NCBI GenBank assembly: GCA_049322295.1
Contig: JBMORO010000040.1
Location: forward strand, 33,960-65,959
Reading direction: 5' to 3'
Length of the DNA stretch: 32,000 bases
Source of the DNA: Patescibacteria group bacterium
GTDB lineage: Bacteria; Patescibacteriota; Minisyncoccia; RBG-13-40-8-A
Shown: positions 23,688 through 31,058 of the stretch, one piece after another
How positions within the stretch are numbered: the stretch's first letter is position 1
Layout of the letters: every line of letters begins with the position of its first letter
Program-made: the position numbers and the translations under genes
The notes under the pieces: generated by a model
Told to the model about the DNA's origin: nothing
What the model saw: the letters and a program-made list of their open reading frames with translations, nothing else
The model's database searches: none

Positions 23688-24896
23688 TCACAATCCAGAA
23701 GCAATGTTATAAATGGGCATTAAAATAGCTGAAACCAAAAATCCTACACCCGCTCCTAAAATCAAAATCATAAATGGCTCAATCAACTGGGTCATATTAG
23801 CCACTGTCCTATCAACCTCTTGCTGATAAAAAATGGCTATCTTTTCCAGAATCATATCTAATTCAGCGGTCTTTTCTCCAACCCCAATCATCTGAGTAAC
23901 CATGGGGGTTATTTGCTTGGGATAATTAGAAAAAGCTGAGTTAATGGTCTTGCCAGCCCTTACCTGTTCTTTGGCTTCATTAATTATCTTCTCGTAGATT
24001 TTATTGCCAATTACTGTTGCGGTAATCTCTAAAGCTCTTAAAATGGGAATTCCTCCTATTAAAAGGGTTTTAAAATTTTCAGATAAACGCGTTAAATATA
24101 TTTTTTGAAAAAGTGATTTAAAAACCGGGATTTTTAATTTAATAATGTCTAAAACCAAACGTCCTTTTTCTGTTCTTACTAATCTAATTATGATAATTAC
24201 TAAAACGATGACTATTAAAGCAACTAACCAAAACCAAGACCTTAACAATTTACTAGTGCCAATTAAAATCCTAGTAGTAATAGGCAATTTCTGACCTATT
24301 TCTTCTAACATTGAAGCCAACTGAGGAACAACGTAAATCATCATCAAAATAGCTACTACAATGAATAGACTTAAAATTACGGCTGGATAAGTAAAGGCTC
24401 CTCTTACTTTAAAATTTAAATTATACTCCCTTTCAGCGTGGTCAGCTAGATACCGCAGGATTTCGTGAAGTTTCCCAGTTGCCTCACCCGCTTTAACTAC
24501 ATTTATATAAAAAGCAGAAAAAATCTTAGGATGTTTAGCCATGGCTGAAGATAGAGTTTCACCACCCTTGATATCTCTTTCGATATCAAAGATTAATTCC
24601 TTAAAAAGAGGATTTCTGGCCTGTTCTCCTAAAATTTTTAAAGAATCTAAAGGAGAAACGTTGGCTTCAAAAAGAATAGCTAATTGACGATAAAAAATTG
24701 TCAGTTCCTTTGCTTTTATTCTTTGGAAAATTCTTAAAGAACGAGTATAAAAGGGAACCTCAGCCAATTCCTCCAGAAAAACTACTACCAAATCATAGCG
24801 CTGAAGCGTTTCAATGGCCGCTTCTCGGCTCCCGGCTTCTACTACGCCGGTTTGAATTCTACCATCTTTGGTTCTGGCTTGATAATTAAATCTCAC
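23688..24896 (-). CDS. pilC: Type IV pilus platform protein PilC (GspF family)
   Basis: 402 aa with two GspF repeats and 3 TM segments, located in the pilT/pilB context. Confidence 0.93.
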   Translation of the reverse strand: MRFNYQARTKDGRIQTGVVEAGSREAAIETLQRYDLVVVFLEELAEVPFYTRSLRIFQRIKAKELTIFYRQLAILFEANVSPLDSLKILGEQARNPLFKELIFDIERDIKGGETLSSAMAKHPKIFSAFYINVVKAGEATGKLHEILRYLADHAEREYNLNFKVRGAFTYPAVILSLFIVVAILMMIYVVPQLASMLEEIGQKLPITTRILIGTSKLLRSWFWLVALIVIVLVIIIIRLVRTEKGRLVLDIIKLKIPVFKSLFQKIYLTRLSENFKTLLIGGIPILRALEITATVIGNKIYEKIINEAKEQVRAGKTINSAFSNYPKQITPMVTQMIGVGEKTAELDMILEKIAIFYQQEVDRTVANMTQLIEPFMILILGAGVGFLVSAILMPIYNIASGL

Positions 24897-24903
24897 AAAA
24901 TTT

Positions 24904-24971
24904 GTCTACGAATTACAAATTCCTTACGAATTTACGAATTTGTATATTTGTAGAAATTTGTATTTCGTAGT
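24904..24971. repeat. Family B palindrome, copy B3 (pilT stop to pilC start)
   Basis: GTCTACGAATTACAAATTCCTTACGAATTTACGAATTTGTATATTTGTAGAAATTTGTATTTCGTAGT abuts the pilT TAG and ends 7 nt before the pilC start. Confidence 0.75.
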
Positions 24972-26045
24972 CTATTTGCCTAATAGCATCCTTAAATCAG
25001 ATGGGCTTAATGAATATATCTCAGCGTTTTCTAATGAAATTTCTCCTTTATGAACCAAATCAGCCAAGGACCTGTTTAAAGAAATCATTCCCTCTTCTGT
25101 ACTCGTCTCGATAACTAAATCTATTTGATAAATTTTTCCTTCTCTAATTAAATTCCGGACAGCTGAGTTTGCTATCATTACTTCTACAGCCGGGATTCTG
25201 CCTCCGTTTACTTGAGGAACTAAACGTTGAGAAACAACACCTAAAAGGGTAGCGGCTAATTGAGCCCGAACCTGATTTTTGGCCTCAGCGGGAAAACTAT
25301 CAATTATTCTATCAATGGTTTGGGGGGCATTATTGGTATGAAGGGTGGCTAAGACCAAATGACCGGTTTCAGCAGCAGTTAAAGCTGTGGAGATTGTCTC
25401 TAAATCCCTCATTTCTCCTACCATTATTACATCAGGGTCTTGACGAAGAGCTGAACGCAAAGCCCGGGCAAAGCTTTTGGTATCATTTCCTACTTCTCTC
25501 TGGTCAATAATACTTTTGTCCTGGTCAAAAATATATTCAATAGGATCCTCGATAGTGACAACATGTTTGGCAAAATGATGGTTTATATAATCAATTAAAG
25601 CAGCTAAAGTAGTTGTTTTGCCATGACCAGTGGGACCAACTACTAAGAAAAAACCTTGGGAATGGGAAGCAAATTTTTCAACAATAGATGGTAGGTTAAG
25701 TTCTTTAACTGTTCTTATCTTTGGGGGGAGAAAACGCAAAGCAGCAGAGAGATATCCGCGTTGGAAAAAAACATTCACCCGAAAGCGAGCTTTTTCTTTA
25801 TAACTATAAGAAAAATCAATTTCCTTATCCGTAAAAAGTTTCTGCTTTTGTTCTTCGGAAAGAAGGGCATAAATTAAACCAGCAGTATGTTCACTGGTTA
25901 AAACTGGATATTTTGTTAACTCTGTTAGTTTGCCATCAATTCTGATAGCTGGTCGCTTGCCCACTGTAAAGTGAAGGTCAGAAGCATTATGTTTGCCTAC
26001 TATTTCTAAAAATTCTTCTAACTCTATTTGATAATTGTTTTTCAT
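24972..26045 (-). CDS. pilT: Twitching-motility retraction ATPase PilT
   Basis: 357 aa with ASDLHFTVGKRPAIRIDGKL, Walker A GPTGHGKTT, DPDVIMVGEMRD and ETGHLVLATLHTN. Confidence 0.93.
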   Translation of the reverse strand: MKNNYQIELEEFLEIVGKHNASDLHFTVGKRPAIRIDGKLTELTKYPVLTSEHTAGLIYALLSEEQKQKLFTDKEIDFSYSYKEKARFRVNVFFQRGYLSAALRFLPPKIRTVKELNLPSIVEKFASHSQGFFLVVGPTGHGKTTTLAALIDYINHHFAKHVVTIEDPIEYIFDQDKSIIDQREVGNDTKSFARALRSALRQDPDVIMVGEMRDLETISTALTAAETGHLVLATLHTNNAPQTIDRIIDSFPAEAKNQVRAQLAATLLGVVSQRLVPQVNGGRIPAVEVMIANSAVRNLIREGKIYQIDLVIETSTEEGMISLNRSLADLVHKGEISLENAEIYSLSPSDLRMLLGK

Positions 26046-26047
26046 AA

Positions 26048-26112
26048 GTTCTACGAATTACGAATTAGTACGAATATACGAATGTCTCCAAAAAAAATTG
26101 TAATCTTGTAGC
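26048..26112. repeat. Family B palindrome, copy B4 (degenerate; pilin stop to pilT start)
   Basis: GTTCTACGAATTACGAATTAGTACGAATATACGAATG...TTGTAATCTTGTAGC. The left arm is intact and the right arm is eroded. Confidence 0.55.
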
Positions 26113-26113
26113 T

Positions 26114-26578
26114 CTAGGGAATAAAGTAATTTTCGCCTTTACTTTTACCATGAATTGAATCAGTCTCCAAACAATATCCTAAATAATAATCTCGACCATC
26201 GGTGCTTCTATAATAATAGTGATAACCAGATAAAGAACCACATCCAACTGAATCTTGATTTAAGGGATCGAGGGGAGGGTTATTCATTATTTCAGCATTT
26301 ATCAATGCCGTAGAAAGAGAATCGGTTCTGGTAATATAACCATCATAGATTGGATAAGTATTATAATCATTGTGATAAAGACCCAGGGCAGTAGCATAGC
26401 TATTAATATCAGCTACTCTTTGAGTGTCTCTGGCCTTAGCTTTTATACCTTTGATACTAATTACCAACATTCCGACCAATAAACCAATAATGGCTACCAC
26501 TACCAAAAGTTCGACTAAAGTAAACCCCCTCTCTTGTTTTTTAAATAATCTTTTCATCAATTTATTATTACTCTTCAA
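26114..26578 (-). CDS. Type IV pilin (second pilin, between pilB and pilT)
   Basis: ...KKQERG/FTLVELLVVVAIIGLLVGMLV. A start at 26557 (MKRLFKKQERG) would remove the 11-nt overlap with pilB and give a more typical leader. Confidence 0.85.
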   Translation of the reverse strand: MKSNNKLMKRLFKKQERGFTLVELLVVVAIIGLLVGMLVISIKGIKAKARDTQRVADINSYATALGLYHNDYNTYPIYDGYITRTDSLSTALINAEIMNNPPLDPLNQDSVGCGSLSGYHYYYRSTDGRDYYLGYCLETDSIHGKSKGENYFIP

Positions 26579-28310
26579 CCTCTTTCTTTACCTCTTCCAA
26601 ACCAACTAATCCTCGTAAGGCCTTTAAAATCCCGTCCTGAAGCATAGTTAGCATTTCTTGCCTTCGGGCTTCTTTTTTAATATTGGCTTCTGATGGTTCC
26701 TTTAGAATAATTTCCTCCAATTCTGGAGTCATTTCTAACATCTCAAAAATAGCTATTCTTCCCTTGGTTCCTTTGGGACATTCTTTGGATATCCGCGGTT
26801 CGTAAAGAACGTAGGGTTCTTTAATATTGGCTTTTCTTAACTGATCTGGTGGAATATTGCTTAATTCTTTTTTAATTAAATTTAGCATTTCTGGCGAAGG
26901 TTTTATTTCTCGCCTGCTGTGGGGACAAAGTCTCTGAACTAACCGCTGGGCTATGGCTAAAATCAGAGTAGGAGGAATTAAATATCGGTCAATGCCCATA
27001 TCAATTAAACGAGGAATTACACCTAAGGCATCATTGGTATGAAGGGTAGAAAGAACTAAATGGCCAGTTAAAGCAGCGTGAACAGCCAAGGCCGCAGTTT
27101 CATTATCTCGAATCTCACCAACCATAATTTTGTCTGGATCTTGACGTAGAATATGTCTCAATCCAGTAGCAAAAGTATAGCCAATCTCTGGTCGAACTTG
27201 GGACTGATTTATTCCCTCAATATAATACTCAATTGGGTCCTCTAAACTAACAATATTAACTCCTTCTTCGTTCAAAATATGCATAATACTATAAAGAGTG
27301 GTAGTCTTTCCTGAGCCAGTTGGGCCGGTCAATAGAATCAAACCATGAGGCTTCTTAATAGTATTTTTTAAAACTTCTAAATTCCGGCTCTCTAAACCCA
27401 AATCAGATAAATCTCTCAAGCCAACCGTAGGATCCAAAATCCTCATTACTACTTTTTCTCCGGTATAAGTGGGAAAAGTGGAAATTCGAAAATCAATTTT
27501 TTTCTTACCGCTTTGGGTAAAAAATCTACCATCCTGAGGTTTCCTAGTCTCATCAATTTTCAAATGGGAAAGTATCTTAACTCTAGAAACAATAGCTGGA
27601 TGGATACGAATGGGAAGAGTTAGGTTGGTATATAAAATTCCATCAATTCTAAAACGGACTCTAATCGACTTTTCACTGGGTTCAATATGAATATCCGAGG
27701 CATTTTCTTCAATGGCGTGTTTAATAATTAGGGCAACAACCTTACTAATTGGTGCCTCTTCGGCTATCTTCTCTATCTTTTCTTTTTCGACAACTTTAAC
27801 CCCCTTTTTTTCTTCCTTCTCTAATTCCTCTTTTAACTCTTCTAAGGCTTCCTTTATCTCTCCTCTTAAAGTGGAGTATTCTTTAAGAATGTTTCTAAAA
27901 TCAGTAAGAGTTATAATATATGGTTTGGGAGTAAGATTATGGCGATGGGCAATAAATTTTAAAGCCTCACCAGCATCGATGTCCTCTGGATTAAGCATCC
28001 CAATCTCTAGAATCATTTTTTTCTTATCAACATTAATAGGAACAAAACGATAATGCTGAGCTGCTTCTAAGGGAACCAACTTTAAAATTTCTGCCCCTGC
28101 TTTGTAGCCAGCCAAATCTTTAAAAGGAATTTTTAAAAGTTCTCCTTTTAGTTGGTATAACTTTTCTTCAGGGACTAATCCTCTCTCTACAAGTAACTCT
28201 TCTATATTTCTATTATCTTTCTCGGCCTCTTCCTTAATATTATCTAAAGTTACTGGGTCAATTAGCTTTTTATTTACTAAAACATCTAAAAGATTTTTTT
28301 GTTTAGCCAC
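26568..28310 (-). CDS. pilB: Type IV pilus assembly ATPase PilB (GspE family)
   Basis: 580 aa with a GTG start, an N-terminal GSPII_E_N-like domain, GPTGSGKTTTLY, DPDKIMVGEIRD and LTGHLVLSTLHTNDA. Confidence 0.95.
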   Translation of the reverse strand: MAKQKNLLDVLVNKKLIDPVTLDNIKEEAEKDNRNIEELLVERGLVPEEKLYQLKGELLKIPFKDLAGYKAGAEILKLVPLEAAQHYRFVPINVDKKKMILEIGMLNPEDIDAGEALKFIAHRHNLTPKPYIITLTDFRNILKEYSTLRGEIKEALEELKEELEKEEKKGVKVVEKEKIEKIAEEAPISKVVALIIKHAIEENASDIHIEPSEKSIRVRFRIDGILYTNLTLPIRIHPAIVSRVKILSHLKIDETRKPQDGRFFTQSGKKKIDFRISTFPTYTGEKVVMRILDPTVGLRDLSDLGLESRNLEVLKNTIKKPHGLILLTGPTGSGKTTTLYSIMHILNEEGVNIVSLEDPIEYYIEGINQSQVRPEIGYTFATGLRHILRQDPDKIMVGEIRDNETAALAVHAALTGHLVLSTLHTNDALGVIPRLIDMGIDRYLIPPTLILAIAQRLVQRLCPHSRREIKPSPEMLNLIKKELSNIPPDQLRKANIKEPYVLYEPRISKECPKGTKGRIAIFEMLEMTPELEEIILKEPSEANIKKEARRQEMLTMLQDGILKALRGLVGLEEVKKEVEE

Positions 28311-28315
28311 AAGAT

Positions 28316-28384
28316 GTCTACAAAACTACAAATAATTACGAATATACAAATTTGTATATTTGTAGAAATTTGTATTTCGTAGCC
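28316..28384. repeat. Family B palindrome, copy B5
   Basis: GTCTACAAAACTACAAATAATTACGAATATACAAATTTGTATATTTGTAGAAATTTGTATTTCGTAGCC abuts the TAA at 28385 and ends 5 nt before the pilB GTG. Confidence 0.75.
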
Positions 28385-28702
28385 TTAATAAGGTATAAAA
28401 GGGTTTTCCCGACCAGTGGTTCCTTTTTTCACCGGTATATTGCCGTGAATCTTCAAAAATGATAAAATCTTCTGATTTAAAAACTCAAAATCTAAATTAA
28501 TCCTTTTCAATTTTTCTTCTAAGATAGCTGGCAATTGTTCTCCTTCGCCTTCAGGAGAGACTGGCTGAGATTCCGGAGGAACAACTTTTTCTTTTTTCCA
28601 AAAACCAAAATATAAAACCAAACCAGTGATTGCAAAAATAACCAGGGCTACAATTAATAAAATCTGCTGACGCTTTCTTTGTTCCAGGGATTTAATGGGC
28701 AT
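28385..28702 (-). CDS. Small single-pass membrane protein of the pilus operon (PilP-like position; family not recognised)
   Basis: 105 aa with one TM segment (ILLIVALVIFAITGLVLYFGF), a Pro/Glu linker and a C-terminal ...GRENPFIPY. It sits between pilO and pilB. Confidence 0.6.
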   Translation of the reverse strand: MPIKSLEQRKRQQILLIVALVIFAITGLVLYFGFWKKEKVVPPESQPVSPEGEGEQLPAILEEKLKRINLDFEFLNQKILSFLKIHGNIPVKKGTTGRENPFIPY

Positions 28703-28712
28703 ATATTATATA

Positions 28713-29270
28713 TTATTGATGATAAGTAATTAGTCTTACCTCAAAACCAAAAACCTTGCCTCCCTCCTTTGATTCGGTAGTAAATTCTACGGAATTAATA
28801 TCTAATAGACGAAGATTTTCCTCTACAGATTTTAGAAAAGCTTTAAAAGCCTCGTAGCTGCCGACTATCTTCATGCTAACACTCATGGTTTTATAAGTTA
28901 CAGCCGGCTTCTCCGTGAGAGTAGCTTGAGGCACGCGGGACTCTTCCTCTTTAATAGTTATGATATCAATATTTTCCAATGATAAACCCTGTTCAAAGGC
29001 TAGGGCTTCAAGTTGAACAATTAAGTCAGGAATTTTTTCACCAGAAGGTAAAATATGGTCTATTTTTTCCACGCTTTCTTTATTTTCTTCATAAGCCTGG
29101 ACTAGTCTTTCTACTTTGGCAAAAAGTTCTTGTTTATCTAAAAGTTTTTCTTTCTCACTGGCTATACTTTTTCTCAATTCTAAAATGTTCTGAACCCCTG
29201 GCACGTCCAAAAAAACAACCAGGGCTATAAAACCTAATATTAAAATTATAATAATAATATTCTTAATCAT
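28713..29270 (-). CDS. pilO: PilO-like pilus alignment protein
   Basis: 185 aa with an N-terminal TM, a coiled coil and an alpha/beta domain. It follows pilN with a 4-nt overlap. Confidence 0.7.
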   Translation of the reverse strand: MIKNIIIIILILGFIALVVFLDVPGVQNILELRKSIASEKEKLLDKQELFAKVERLVQAYEENKESVEKIDHILPSGEKIPDLIVQLEALAFEQGLSLENIDIITIKEEESRVPQATLTEKPAVTYKTMSVSMKIVGSYEAFKAFLKSVEENLRLLDINSVEFTTESKEGGKVFGFEVRLITYHQ

Positions 29271-29824
29271 TTATTTTCTAATAGAATCTCTCTAGAAAAA
29301 GTAATTGAAAGATTAAATTTTAGTCCAGTTTTCTCATCTAAAGAAATTCCAGAAACCTGGGTTCTTTTAACAAATGAGTCTTCTTGAAAGCTCAAAATTT
29401 GGCGAGCTAAATTAGTATAAGTTGAAGTATTGCCCTCAAGATTTAGTTCAAGAGCAACACCGGAAAGATTAAACTTGGCCTGAGAGAAGTAAACCTCAGG
29501 GATAGTTAATTCTTCTATTTTCTTAAATAAACTCGACCAATAAAGATGGTTTTCAAATAAAGTTTTTAGATCGCTTATTTTTTTATCCAAATCTATCATT
29601 GATTTCTCGATCTTGGGATTTCTTTTACTATTTAATGTTCTTATCTCTTCTTTAATATTGTTCCAATCATTCTTTAAATTTTTTTGATATAATAAAAGCC
29701 CACCATAAAAAAGTAAGCTCAAAATAATTAGAGTCAAGATTATTAAAGTAGCTTTAGAAAAAATTATTTTAAATCCTTCTTTTTTTTCTCTATATTCTCT
29801 TGGAATTAAATTAATATCAACCAT
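29267..29824 (-). CDS. pilN: PilN-like pilus alignment protein
   Basis: 185 aa. MVDINLIPREYREKK is the conserved PilN N-terminal INLLP-type motif. It is followed by a TM segment and a coiled coil. Confidence 0.8.
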   Translation of the reverse strand: MVDINLIPREYREKKEGFKIIFSKATLIILTLIILSLLFYGGLLLYQKNLKNDWNNIKEEIRTLNSKRNPKIEKSMIDLDKKISDLKTLFENHLYWSSLFKKIEELTIPEVYFSQAKFNLSGVALELNLEGNTSTYTNLARQILSFQEDSFVKRTQVSGISLDEKTGLKFNLSITFSREILLENK

Positions 29825-29829
29825 AAGAT

Positions 29830-29899
29830 GTCTACAAAATTACAAATTAGTACGAATTTACAAATTTGTATATTTGTAAAAAATTTGTATTTTGTAGCC
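29830..29899. repeat. Family B palindrome, copy B6 (pilM stop to pilN start)
   Basis: GTCTACAAAATTACAAATTAGTACGAATTTACAAATTTGTATATTTGTAAAAAATTTGTATTTTGTAGCC. The proximal flank AAGATG-GTCTACAAAA is identical to that of B5. Confidence 0.75.
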
Positions 29900-29906
29900 T
29901 ATTTTG

Positions 29907-30998
29907 TTAGGCTTCTCGCATAGCTGCTCCTACAGCTACAGAATATTGGGGACCATTTTTTTTAAGAATTTCACCAAGAATAGTTGGATAAACTACTCTT
30001 GACCAGGGGTAAGCAACCACTGTTTTTATGTCCAATCTCTTTTCAATGTAATCTTCTAATCCTGCTAATTGGGCCGAACCGCCGTTTAAAATTAATTTTT
30101 CTACTTTTCTATCTGTTTTTAAATAATAAGAATTTATCATTCGTTCAATCTCATCGGCTATTTTTTCTATAGGAATATGAAGGAGTTCTCTTATTTCTTT
30201 TCTTCCTTCTTTGTCTTCTCTATGGTTAAGCCCATAGGTTACTTTAAATTCTTCAGCTCGCTTGGAAGCTATTCCCAAACCAGCAGCTAAGGTCTTAGTC
30301 ATTTCTGCTCCGGCTATATCTAAACTATGACTCATCTGAATAACCCCCTTATCAACAATAGTAAAAGAACTAGCCCGAGCTCCTACATCTAAAATACAGG
30401 CAGAATTTTTGTCATCGGCCATTAAAGACCGAGCTAAACTAAAGCTTTCTAATTCTAAAGCCTTAACTTTTAAACCTAATTCATCAGTAATTCTAAGATA
30501 TTTATTGACCACTTCTCTGGGGACGGCAATTAAAAGTATTCTTTTGCCCCTGAATGGCTTCGGTGAAATCTCGTCCTTTATCAATCCTGATTCGATAATC
30601 TTCCAATCAAGAGCTACCTCAGTAATAGGAATGGGTACATAGCGCCGGGCTTCAAATTCTATGGCCTGGCCCAATTCTTTACCACCCATCTCGGGCACTT
30701 CTATAACACTCACAAAACTAGAAAAAACTGGAATAGTCATTACTGCTTGTTTGGTGGTAACTTCAGCTTTCTCGAGTAAAATCCTTAACATTTCTCGGGT
30801 TGCTGCTTCTCGGGTTTTTAAAGTCGTAATCTGAAAAGCATCATCTAATTTCTCCAAATATCCAGCCGCAGAAATTTCTCCGTAAGTCTCCAATTCAAAT
30901 TTATCCTTTTCTTTCTTTAATTGTACCATTTTTATAGAAGCAGTGCCAATATCAATACCCAAACATGATTTGGGTTTTTTTCTAAAAATATTAAACAT
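29907..30998 (-). CDS. pilM: PilM, actin-like ATPase of the type IV pilus alignment complex
   Basis: 363 aa with the GIDIGTASIKMVQL phosphate-1 motif and LNGGSAQLAGL. It lies upstream of pilN and pilO. Confidence 0.9.
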   Translation of the reverse strand: MFNIFRKKPKSCLGIDIGTASIKMVQLKKEKDKFELETYGEISAAGYLEKLDDAFQITTLKTREAATREMLRILLEKAEVTTKQAVMTIPVFSSFVSVIEVPEMGGKELGQAIEFEARRYVPIPITEVALDWKIIESGLIKDEISPKPFRGKRILLIAVPREVVNKYLRITDELGLKVKALELESFSLARSLMADDKNSACILDVGARASSFTIVDKGVIQMSHSLDIAGAEMTKTLAAGLGIASKRAEEFKVTYGLNHREDKEGRKEIRELLHIPIEKIADEIERMINSYYLKTDRKVEKLILNGGSAQLAGLEDYIEKRLDIKTVVAYPWSRVVYPTILGEILKKNGPQYSVAVGAAMREA

Positions 30999-31058
30999 AA
31001 CTAATCTCTAATAACTAATTTCCCTAATTGGGCTGAGCCCAACGGGCTGTAAGCTAAT

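Noticed and set aside
7481-29899. The repeated TACAAAT-rich intergenic sequences could be a CRISPR array or tandem repeat.
   Set aside because: The copies are kilobases apart, each within a separate intercistronic gap. They are internally palindromic and have no repeat-spacer periodicity.
30999-31058. The GGGCTGAGCCCAACGGGCTG hairpins between the surface-protein gene and pilM could be a terminator plus promoter.
   Set aside because: The stems are only 5 bp, with alternative registers and no U-tract. No convincing -35/-10 pair follows. This is not enough to call.
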